This document shows, piece by piece, positions 30,760 to 39,016 of a stretch of DNA of 64,000 nt. The translations under genes were made by a program, and so were the position numbers. The notes below the pieces were generated by a model. It was not told where the DNA came from. It was given only the letters and a program-made list of their open reading frames with translations, and searched no databases. Positions within the stretch are counted from its first letter, which is position 1; every line of letters starts with the position of its first letter. Source of the stretch: Candidatus Parcubacteria bacterium (GTDB lineage: Bacteria; Patescibacteriota; Patescibacteriia; Patescibacteriales; BM507); assembly GCA_002869265.1 (NCBI GenBank), contig PKTH01000005.1, positions 1,423 to 65,422 on the forward strand, written 5' to 3'.

Positions 30760-32142
30760 TTATTTTTCGTTATTTATATTTCTTAAAAATTCTAAAACTT
30801 CATCTCTTTTTATTTCCATAATCTCTTGTTCAATCGCCTCTAGATTTAATCTCAAAAGAGGCTCTGTGTTTGATTTTCTAACATTGAACCAATAATCAGG
30901 ATACTCAATAGTGATCCCGTCTAAATCGTTTTGCTTTGCCTCCTTATGAAGTTCTATTAGCTCGCGAATCTTTCCTTCTGTATCTTCTACAACACTATTA
31001 ATTTCTCCGGAATTATGGTATCTTTTATATTCTTTTACATAATCAGAAAAAGACACCCCAGCCTCAGATAACTCTTCTAATAACTTTACTGTCGCAATGA
31101 CTGGTATCTCATAGCAACCCGCCTCCATGTTTAAGAAAAAGTGTCCAGATGACTCACCAGCAAAGACAGCCCCTTCTCGCACGGCGTGTTCCTTGATAAG
31201 CGAGTGTCCAACTTTGGTCACTATTGGCTCACCGCCATGTTCTTTTATTATATCATGAGTTATTTTCCCTGGTCTGATATCATAAGCAATTTTTGCTCCA
31301 GGGTTTTCTCGTAAAAATATTTTTGAAAAAATTGCACGAGCAATCCCAGACTCTACGGGCTCTCCTGTATTGTCTACAAAAAATATTCTATCTCCATCTC
31401 CATCTGTTGTTATACCGATGTCTGCTTTTTCTCTCTTTACCGCCTCTGATAGTTCAACTAAATTTTCCGGCTTAAGGGGATCAGCTTCGTGAGCAGGAAA
31501 GCTCCCATCAAGTTCCCAATTTATTCTCACAAGTTCACAGGGGATGTTTTTAAATAATTCATCAAAATAGGTAATTCCCATTGAATTTGCCGGATCAATA
31601 ACTATTTTAAAAGGCTTTATTTTTGAAATATCAGCATAATCAATATCATGTTCAATTTGTTTTCTAAGATAATTATCGTTTTTTTCTTCACTTCCTTTTC
31701 TTTCAGCTGAACTGTAATTTCCATAAATTACCATTTCTCTTAAAACATCCATTCCAGAATCTTTACTAAAAGGTTTCGCCTTCTCTCTAACCATCTTAAA
31801 CCCGTTATATTCCCCAGGATTATGAGAGGCTGTAACAATAATACCCCCATCAAAATTATTGTGAGCTACCGAATGATAAAATGTTGGAGTAGAAATAAGA
31901 CCAGCGTCAATCACATTTATTCCAGCATCAATCAAGCCTTCTATTAGTCTTTTTTTAAGGGCGGGAGATGAGATCCTCATATCAGATGCAACCAACAGAT
32001 TAATACCATCAACTTTTCCGAGTTCTACTTTCCTCATTTGGGCAAAAGCGAGACCTATTTTATAGGCCGTCTCGTCATTGAAGTCTTTATTATAGATCCC
32101 CCTTATATCATAAGCTTTAAAAATTCCTGGATTGATTTTCAT
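30760..32142 (-). CDS. Phosphomannomutase/phosphoglucomutase, copy 2 (tandem paralog)
   Basis: 460 aa. TASHNPGEYNGFK and TDGDGDR. Collinear with copy 1 over its full length. Confidence 0.88.
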   Translation of the reverse strand: MKINPGIFKAYDIRGIYNKDFNDETAYKIGLAFAQMRKVELGKVDGINLLVASDMRISSPALKKRLIEGLIDAGINVIDAGLISTPTFYHSVAHNNFDGGIIVTASHNPGEYNGFKMVREKAKPFSKDSGMDVLREMVIYGNYSSAERKGSEEKNDNYLRKQIEHDIDYADISKIKPFKIVIDPANSMGITYFDELFKNIPCELVRINWELDGSFPAHEADPLKPENLVELSEAVKREKADIGITTDGDGDRIFFVDNTGEPVESGIARAIFSKIFLRENPGAKIAYDIRPGKITHDIIKEHGGEPIVTKVGHSLIKEHAVREGAVFAGESSGHFFLNMEAGCYEIPVIATVKLLEELSEAGVSFSDYVKEYKRYHNSGEINSVVEDTEGKIRELIELHKEAKQNDLDGITIEYPDYWFNVRKSNTEPLLRLNLEAIEQEIMEIKRDEVLEFLRNINNEK

Positions 32143-32272
32143 ATTTTTCTCTAATATTTATGTCTTCCTATTATATTAAAGTTGACTAGTAATAACAAGG
32201 CCAAAATCAAAAAAATTATTGACTTAATATTTTATATATGGTCTATTATACTAACAAGAAAAATTGATTCAA

Positions 32273-33880
32273 ATGAATAATAAAACAAACAAAACTGAAT
32301 ATATTATAAAACTTCTTCTTAATGATAATATTAAATCTCGAAACGATTTAATGAATCAAAAAAGGAAAATTGCCAAATCCCTGAAGATAAACATTCCACA
32401 AAACTCTGAATTACTAAAAAGCTACGCTAAATTAAAAAAAGAAAAGCAAATAAAAGAAGATATTGAATTTGAGAAACTTCTCAGAAAAAGAGCTGTTCGC
32501 ACCATGTCAGGGATTGCTCCTGTGGCTGTATTGACAAAACCTTGGCCCTGTCCAGGTAATTGTGCTTATTGCCCAACTGAAAAAGACGTTCCTCAAAGTT
32601 ATCTTTCAAACGAGCCAGCTGTTATGAGGGCAATCCGCTGTGACTACAATCCGTACATCCAAACACAATTTAGACTAAAAGCCTTAGAAAATAACGGGCA
32701 TCTACCCACAAAAATTGAATTAATAGTGATAGGGGGTACCTGGAGTTATTTGCCTATAAAATATAAATTTTGGTATATAAAAGAATGCTTTCGAGCTGCC
32801 AATGATTATTACAGAAAATCTCCTGCAAAGTCCCCAAAAGTTAGTGCAAAAATTGAAGATTTAAAGGAGGCTTTAAAAAAAGAACAAAAAAGAAATGAAA
32901 ATACAAAATACCAAATAATTGGACTTACCCTTGAGACTAGGCAAGACTATATAAATGAAAAAGAAGTATTGGAAATGCGTGAACTAGGATGCACTAGAGT
33001 AGAACTTGGGGTTCAAGCAATAGATGATGAAATTCTCCAATTAAATAGAAGGGGGAATAAAAATTCCGAAACGATTAGAGCCACTAAAATGCTACGTGAC
33101 TTTGGTTTTAAAGTAACCTATCACCTAATGCCAGGCCTCCCAGGTTCCACCCCAAAAAAAGATCTGGTAATGTTCAGAGAACTTTTTAGCTCTCCGAATT
33201 ACCAGCCCGACCAAATAAAATTCTACCCAACCGTTGTTACAAAGGGTAGCCTTCTTTACAAGTGGTGGAAACAAGGAAAATACAAACCATATTCCGACAA
33301 AGTTTTACAAAGCTTGATTATTAAATGTAAAGAACTTGTGCCCACCTATGTAAGAATAATAAGATTAATTCGTGATATCCCAGGAGAGTCCATAGAGGCA
33401 GGCAATCTAATAACAAACCTAAGACAAATCATGAAAGACCAGGGAGTTAAGTGCTCATGCATCCGCTGTCGAGAAATAAAAGATTCAAAATATAAATTAG
33501 GGGATATAAAATTGAATATCCAAGAATACCCTGCTGGCGGGGGAAGAGAATTTTTTATCAGCTATGATTCAAAAGACAAAAAAAATCTCTACGCCTTCTT
33601 GCGTTTGCGATTGAATAATAATGAAAATTGTTTTTCTAAGTTGCTCTCAGCTTCAGCTATTGTAAGAGAACTTCATGTTTATGGAGAATTAACATCCATC
33701 GGTGATAAAAAAAGAATACAACACTCTGGCTTGGGCCAAAAACTAATAAAAAAAGCTGAAGAGATTGCTCAAAAAAATGGCTACAAAAAAATGACTATTA
33801 TCTCCGGTATAGGAGTTAGATCATACTATAAAAAGTTTGGATATAAACTGTCTAAAACTTATATGCAAAAAAATATTTGA
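32273..33880 (+). CDS. elp3: Elp3-family radical SAM + GNAT acetyltransferase (tRNA U34 cm5 modification enzyme-like)
   Basis: ~535 aa from the ATG at 32273 (track start 32264 is a TTG). Radical-SAM cluster CPGNCAYCP, the Elp3 central domain, and a C-terminal GNAT (QHSGLGQKLIKKAEEIA). Confidence 0.8.
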   Translation: MNNKTNKTEYIIKLLLNDNIKSRNDLMNQKRKIAKSLKINIPQNSELLKSYAKLKKEKQIKEDIEFEKLLRKRAVRTMSGIAPVAVLTKPWPCPGNCAYCPTEKDVPQSYLSNEPAVMRAIRCDYNPYIQTQFRLKALENNGHLPTKIELIVIGGTWSYLPIKYKFWYIKECFRAANDYYRKSPAKSPKVSAKIEDLKEALKKEQKRNENTKYQIIGLTLETRQDYINEKEVLEMRELGCTRVELGVQAIDDEILQLNRRGNKNSETIRATKMLRDFGFKVTYHLMPGLPGSTPKKDLVMFRELFSSPNYQPDQIKFYPTVVTKGSLLYKWWKQGKYKPYSDKVLQSLIIKCKELVPTYVRIIRLIRDIPGESIEAGNLITNLRQIMKDQGVKCSCIRCREIKDSKYKLGDIKLNIQEYPAGGGREFFISYDSKDKKNLYAFLRLRLNNNENCFSKLLSASAIVRELHVYGELTSIGDKKRIQHSGLGQKLIKKAEEIAQKNGYKKMTIISGIGVRSYYKKFGYKLSKTYMQKNI

Positions 33881-33923
33881 TATTATTTTATTAAAAGTAT
33901 AAAATTATAGAGAATTATATAGC

Positions 33924-34625
33924 ATGAAGAAAATCAACGAATTAAAAAAAGAATTAGAAGAGCTATCTAACAAAAAGCAAAAGGAAATATCTCAAAAATT
34001 CTTCAAAACTGGAAAAGGTGAATATGCTGAAGGAGATATCTTCTTAGGAATTAAGGTCCCTGTAATGAGGGCCTTGGCTCGTGGTTTTTATGATCTCTCC
34101 CTTAATGACTTGCAAACTCTCTTAAAAAGCAAAATCCATGAACATCGTTTTATAGCACTGGTGATTCTTTCAGAAAAATTCAAAATAGCTGACCTGGAAT
34201 ACCAAGAAGCAATTTACAGACTCTACCTAGAAAATACCAAAAACATAAATAATTGGGACTTGGTTGACATCTCTGCTCCTAATATCGTTGGGGCCTATCT
34301 AAAAGACAAGGACAGAAGAGTTCTCTACACATTGGCTGGTTCAAAAAATCTTTGGGAAAGAAGAATTGCTATAGTTTCAACCTTTACTTTTATTAGAAAT
34401 AATGATTTTTTCGAAACAATTACTATCTCGGAACTCTTAATAAACGACCCCCATGACCTAATTCACAAAGCCTCTGGCTGGATGCTTAGGGAAATGGGGA
34501 AAAAGGACGAAAAGACATTAAAGAAATTTTTAAATAAATTCAAAGAAAAAATGCCCCGCACGATGCTTCGCTACGCCATAGAGAAATTCAAGCCAGAAGA
34601 GAGAAAAAAATATTTAGCAAAATAA
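33924..34625 (+). CDS. DNA alkylation repair protein (AlkD/AlkC-like HEAT-repeat glycosylase family)
   Basis: 233 aa. Pattern FFKTGKGEYAEGDIFLGI.VP..R...W..RRIA typical of this family. Confidence 0.7.
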   Translation: MKKINELKKELEELSNKKQKEISQKFFKTGKGEYAEGDIFLGIKVPVMRALARGFYDLSLNDLQTLLKSKIHEHRFIALVILSEKFKIADLEYQEAIYRLYLENTKNINNWDLVDISAPNIVGAYLKDKDRRVLYTLAGSKNLWERRIAIVSTFTFIRNNDFFETITISELLINDPHDLIHKASGWMLREMGKKDEKTLKKFLNKFKEKMPRTMLRYAIEKFKPEERKKYLAK

Positions 34626-34626
34626 A

Positions 34627-34658
34627 AGATCAATTTCACAGTAAATTGATCTTTTTTT
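34627..34658 (+). terminator. Intrinsic terminator
   Basis: 10-bp stem AGATCAATTT / AAATTGATCT followed by a T7 run. Confidence 0.8.
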
Positions 34659-34811
34659 GACTTTTTGTGCTTTTTTTAATACACTTTTAACTAAGTAAAA
34701 CTTTCCTATCTTTTTCTTGCCAGTCTTTCCCCAAAGACTAGCAACACAAACAGAAAGGAGGATAAAGTATTTGGGGATTTGTTTCTTCCACTCTCACGTA
34801 AGGAGGATTGG

Positions 34812-35240
34812 ATGAATCGTTTCATTGTTTTGCTCTTTATCATTTTTGCCGCCTTCCTTGTGGTAACGCAGGTCGTAATCGCAGCTGACACCGCGCAGGG
34901 CGATATGCCCGTGGTTATTGCGAATATCGACAACACTCCTACAAATGCATCGCAGTCATTTGAGGACATGAACGCCGATCGCTTTTTCGCCAGTCTCTTC
35001 AACCCTGCAGAAAACCTTATCCTGACCGACAACCAAGCATTGACCTGCCGTAACGGAAATCTGATCTCGCCTGGCCTTATCAATCCTGAACAAAATTCCA
35101 TACTGATGGCAAAAATCAAGATTGCAATCGCAGGCGGCGATAACACGGTAATGGCCCACGAGGCAAAACTCCGGGTAAATAGCCCAACCATTGTGCTCAA
35201 CCGGCACTCAATTCGAGCCGGGCTGCCTCTCTTGGCCTAA
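34812..35240 (+). CDS. Orphan secreted protein in a G+C-rich islet
   Basis: 142 aa from the ATG at 34812 with AAGGAGG 6 nt upstream. Signal peptide MNRFIVLLFIIFAAFLVVTQVVIA/AD. Composition is clearly richer in G+C than the flanks. No family recognised. Confidence 0.5.
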   Translation: MNRFIVLLFIIFAAFLVVTQVVIAADTAQGDMPVVIANIDNTPTNASQSFEDMNADRFFASLFNPAENLILTDNQALTCRNGNLISPGLINPEQNSILMAKIKIAIAGGDNTVMAHEAKLRVNSPTIVLNRHSIRAGLPLLA

Positions 35241-35267
35241 AATCGAACGGTCCAGAGGACAGTAACA

Positions 35268-35306
35268 AATCCCTCCTAATTCATATATTGGGAGGGATTT
35301 TTTCTT
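35268..35306 (+). terminator. Intrinsic terminator
   Basis: Stem AATCCCTCC / GGAGGGATT followed by TTTTTTC. Confidence 0.75.
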
Positions 35307-35317
35307 TTGCCACTCTT

Positions 35318-35346
35318 TTGACAAGTCAAAATATTTACCCTAATAT
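35318..35346 (+). promoter_or_regulatory. Sigma70-type promoter for glyA-folD
   Basis: TTGACA, 17-nt spacer, TAATAT, ~30 nt before the glyA ATG. Confidence 0.55.
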
Positions 35347-35374
35347 TAAATTATAATTATTAAATAATTTTAAT

Positions 35375-36622
35375 ATGGACTACAAAAATCTTGAAAAAAC
35401 TGATCCTGACACACTCGCAATAATACAAAAAGAAGAAAAGAGGCAAGAAACAGAGCTAGAAATGATTGCTTCTGAAAACTATGTTTCTTCAGCTGTGCTT
35501 GAAGCTATGGCCTCGGTCCTAAATAACAAATATTCTGAAGGCTATCCTGGGAAAAGATATTATGGGGGCAATCAGGTTATAGACGAAATTGAAATATTGG
35601 CTCAAACCAGGGCAAAAAAGATATTCGGCGCAGAACATGTTAATGTCCAACCACTATCCGGCTCTCCAGCTAACGCAGCTGTCTATATGGCATTTCTAAA
35701 ACCAGGAGACAAGGTGTTAGGGCTTAAACTTGACCACGGGGGGCACCTTTCACATGGACATAAAGTAAATTTTTCTGGGATGCTATATGATTTTGTTCAA
35801 TACGAAGTAGATGAAAAAACAGGCTATATCGACATGGACGAAGTAGAAAAACTTGCCTTAAAAGAAAAACCAAAAATGATTGTAGCTGGCTTTTCTGCAT
35901 ATTCAAGAGAAATTGATTGGGAAAGATTTAAGGAAATAGCTGACAAAATTGGAGCTTACACCTTTGCTGATATCGCCCATACAGCAGGGCTAATCGCTGC
36001 TGGTGTTATGAAAAATCCAGTTTCATATTTTGATGTAGTCTCAACCACAACACACAAAACCCTTAGGGGCCCAATAGGAGCAATGATTATGTGCAGGGAA
36101 GAACATGCCAAAAAAGTAGACCGAGCTGTGTTCCCTGGAATGCAGGGTGGTCCTCATGAACATATTACAGCCGCTAAAGCAGTTTCTTTTTTAGAGGCTG
36201 ATACTGAAGATTTTAAAAACTATGCTAAACAAACAATTCTAAATGCTCAAGCCCTCAGTAATGAAATGATAAAACTTGGATATAAAGTTATTTCGGACGG
36301 GACTGACAATCATTTAATTGTAGTAGATATGAATTCCAAATCTCTTTCCGGAAAGGAAGCTGAAGTTGTTTTAGAAAATATTGGTATTTCTGTTTCAAGA
36401 TCAACTATACCAAATGATCCAAACCCACCTATGAACCCTTCGGGTATAAGAATCGGGACTGCTGCCCTAACAACCAGGGGAATGCAAGAAAAAGAAATGA
36501 AGCAAATCGCCAAATGGATTGATTCTTCAGTGGGGAACAAGGAAAATCCTGAATATTTAGAAAATATAAAAAAAGACGTGGAAAAACTCAGTAAAGAGTT
36601 TCCACTTCCAAGCTCGAAATAA
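35375..36622 (+). CDS. glyA: Serine hydroxymethyltransferase
   Basis: 415 aa. EMIASENY, the PLP-lysine block TTTHKTLRGP, and GGHLSHG. Confidence 0.93.
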   Translation: MDYKNLEKTDPDTLAIIQKEEKRQETELEMIASENYVSSAVLEAMASVLNNKYSEGYPGKRYYGGNQVIDEIEILAQTRAKKIFGAEHVNVQPLSGSPANAAVYMAFLKPGDKVLGLKLDHGGHLSHGHKVNFSGMLYDFVQYEVDEKTGYIDMDEVEKLALKEKPKMIVAGFSAYSREIDWERFKEIADKIGAYTFADIAHTAGLIAAGVMKNPVSYFDVVSTTTHKTLRGPIGAMIMCREEHAKKVDRAVFPGMQGGPHEHITAAKAVSFLEADTEDFKNYAKQTILNAQALSNEMIKLGYKVISDGTDNHLIVVDMNSKSLSGKEAEVVLENIGISVSRSTIPNDPNPPMNPSGIRIGTAALTTRGMQEKEMKQIAKWIDSSVGNKENPEYLENIKKDVEKLSKEFPLPSSK

Positions 36623-37455
36623 TGTCTAAATTAATTGACGGAAGAAAAATTGCCGAAAAAATAAAAGACAATATCACAAAAGAAATTTTTGCAATAAAAA
36701 AAAGGCCCAATCTGGCAATTATTTTGTTTGCTGGTCGAAGTGATTCGGAACTATATGTTAGCTTAAAAGAAAAAGAAGCAAAAAAAGTTGGTATTGATAC
36801 TCATCTCTATAAAATGGCAAGTGAAACAAGTGAAGAGGAGCTTCTGAACACTATTACCTATCTAAATAATGATGACCTGATTGATGGAATTCTAGTCCAA
36901 CTACCCCTCCCAAAACACATTGATACAGACAAGGTGATTAGGGCTATCTCACCGAAGAAAGATATAGACGGATTTCATCCAGAAAACATAAAAATTCTAG
37001 ATAGTGACAACCCAGAAGTTTTGTCACCTGTTTACGGGGCGATTATTGAGATGTTGAATGATATTAAATATGAACTAAAAAACAAAAAGGTTGTTATTAT
37101 TTCTAATTCTAATATTTTTGGAGATGGCTTAGTGAAAGTTTTACAAAGACTTGGCGCCAGTGTTCAATCCTGTCATCCGGACGATAAAGATCTTAAAAAA
37201 ATATCAAAAACTGCAGATGTGTTAATTTCTGCTGTTGGTAAACCACGTTTTATTAAAAAAGATTTTATTAAAAAAGATTCTATTTTAATTGACATAGGAA
37301 TAACCAAGGAAAACAAATCAGTAAGGGGGGATTTTGATTTTGAGGACGTAGAAAACTATTGCGCCTATATCAGTCCAGTCCCCGGAGGAGTTGGACCACT
37401 TACCATAGCAATGACTTTTCAAAACACTCTAAATTTTTTTAAGAAAAAACAATAG
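36622..37455 (+). CDS. folD: Bifunctional methylenetetrahydrofolate dehydrogenase/cyclohydrolase
   Basis: 277 aa. GILVQLPLP and PVPGGVGP(L)T motifs. The start overlaps the glyA stop. Confidence 0.9.
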   Translation: MSKLIDGRKIAEKIKDNITKEIFAIKKRPNLAIILFAGRSDSELYVSLKEKEAKKVGIDTHLYKMASETSEEELLNTITYLNNDDLIDGILVQLPLPKHIDTDKVIRAISPKKDIDGFHPENIKILDSDNPEVLSPVYGAIIEMLNDIKYELKNKKVVIISNSNIFGDGLVKVLQRLGASVQSCHPDDKDLKKISKTADVLISAVGKPRFIKKDFIKKDSILIDIGITKENKSVRGDFDFEDVENYCAYISPVPGGVGPLTIAMTFQNTLNFFKKKQ

Positions 37456-37480
37456 CTCATTTCATCAAAAGGAGGAAATT

Positions 37481-37813
37481 GTGGAAATTTTAGGAATTGA
37501 TTCATTTTACATGTATTGGTTTGGCTTTGTGCTTGGCTGTATTATGCTTTCATTTGGAATAGGCGGCCTAGTCTACACTGGCAAAGAATTGTCTATTCGC
37601 CCTATGATCTGTTCAGTTATGGGTGGGATCACTGGAACAACCCTATTATTACTCTCGCTTTACCTCGGCAGGGCCTACCCATCTCCAATAACCGAACTAA
37701 AAGAAATTCTGACTATTATTCTGTTCTGCTCTTGCTTTATCATTCTACTTAGTTCGGGATCTATTTGGAAAAACTTCTTTCTCGTAGATGTTACTCAGAA
37801 AAAAACAATTTAG
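37481..37813 (+). CDS. Small membrane protein (3-4 TM)
   Basis: 110 aa, GTG start with AAAGGAGG 6 nt upstream. No family recognised. Confidence 0.45.
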   Translation: MEILGIDSFYMYWFGFVLGCIMLSFGIGGLVYTGKELSIRPMICSVMGGITGTTLLLLSLYLGRAYPSPITELKEILTIILFCSCFIILLSSGSIWKNFFLVDVTQKKTI

Positions 37814-37822
37814 CAAAAATTC

Positions 37823-37853
37823 AAAAAAGCTGTCGATTCTTCGACAGCTTTTA
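37823..37853. terminator. Bidirectional intrinsic terminator
   Basis: 10-bp stem AAGCTGTCGA / TCGACAGCTT with an A-run before and a T-run after. Confidence 0.75.
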
Positions 37854-37871
37854 CGTTTGTTAAGTAATTCT

Positions 37872-38903
37872 CTATTTTATTTTTCCGTTGGCAGAAAACA
37901 TTATTGCCAGACCTTGAGTGCGAGGAATTTTTGCTAAAATAATATTTATAATTACCATTATCGGAATGGACAAAAACATTCCAACCACTCCCCAAACAGA
38001 ACCCCAAAGACCCAAAGACAGAATAATCACTAAAGGACTTAGGTTAAGGCTCTTTCCCATTAATTTCGGTTCTAAAATATTTCCTACCAAAACCTGCACT
38101 GAAACCAAAAGGCCAAGCAGAAGAAGAAAAGTCCCCACGCTTGCAAACTGAACCAGAGAAAGAATCAATGGAAATATTACTGCAATTATTGAACCAATAG
38201 TTGGTATATAATTTAGAATAAATATAAGCATCGCCCAAAAAAGTGGAAAGTCCAAGCCAAGAACAATAAGAACAATGTAGCTCAAGACGGCTGTCAGGAG
38301 ACTCATGCCAGTTTTTATCGAAATATATGTTTTTATATCAGTGTCGATCTTTTTAACTACTTCGCAAAATTTATTATATTTTTCATTATTATTTAAAAAC
38401 AACTCAATCTTTTTATTAAAAATTTTGTATTCCAAAAATATTAAAACTAAATATATCAAAGTCATACCAGCATAGCCAGTCAAATTTCTTAAAAGATCAG
38501 TCATGATGCTCAAAAGCCTTGAAAAACTAACTGCATTAATAATATTGGAAACACTAGGCAATTCACTAACCCCCACCCAAGTCAAAATTGAGGCCAACAA
38601 AGCTTGTACTTTTTCTTGATACTCAGGCGCTCTCACTATCATTTTCCCAATATTAAACTCTAAAATTGAACCAAAAACCCAAAGCACTAGACCAATAAAG
38701 AAAAAAGCTAGCGTTAGTGAAAGAAAATTTGGAATTTTTTTATCTGCAATCTTTATTTTCCCCAAATAACTAGAGATTGCTATTATTACATACCAAAGCA
38801 CTGCAGCAATAACCAAGGGCAGCAAAAGAGACTTCCCTAAAACTAAAATATAAAAAATAACAAGCAAGGACACCAAAAATGACGCGACTTTTGTTAATGA
38901 CAT
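37872..38903 (-). CDS. AI-2E family transporter (PerM/YhhT-like permease)
   Basis: 343 aa, 7-8 TM. C-terminal blocks IP.IGS and G..G...G.P typical of the family. Confidence 0.7.
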   Translation of the reverse strand: MSLTKVASFLVSLLVIFYILVLGKSLLLPLVIAAVLWYVIIAISSYLGKIKIADKKIPNFLSLTLAFFFIGLVLWVFGSILEFNIGKMIVRAPEYQEKVQALLASILTWVGVSELPSVSNIINAVSFSRLLSIMTDLLRNLTGYAGMTLIYLVLIFLEYKIFNKKIELFLNNNEKYNKFCEVVKKIDTDIKTYISIKTGMSLLTAVLSYIVLIVLGLDFPLFWAMLIFILNYIPTIGSIIAVIFPLILSLVQFASVGTFLLLLGLLVSVQVLVGNILEPKLMGKSLNLSPLVIILSLGLWGSVWGVVGMFLSIPIMVIINIILAKIPRTQGLAIMFSANGKIK

Positions 38904-39016
38904 AATATTATTTTAATAATTTATTGTATTTATTAAATACTACCATAAAAACTGTCTATTTCAAGCATTTACTAAAACTTTGTAATAAGATAATATTGAC
39001 TTGTAAGAAATATCAA

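Noticed and set aside
34706-35207. Minus-strand ORFs 34706..35200 (164 aa) and 34956..35207 (83 aa)
   Set aside because: These are antisense shadows of the G+C-rich plus-strand gene. They have no SD, and they run through the upstream promoter/SD region. The plus-strand model has an SD, a signal peptide and a terminator.
38924-39016. N-terminal extensions from alternative TTG starts in the track (RecQ 38924, Elp3 32264, small protein 16722, lipoprotein 27511)
   Set aside because: Each extension starts at TTG without an SD, or inside the neighbouring gene. The internal ATG gives a conventional N-terminus: the RecQ motif distance, the lipobox signal peptide [10 protein letters not shown]..., or the TM start MIKAV....
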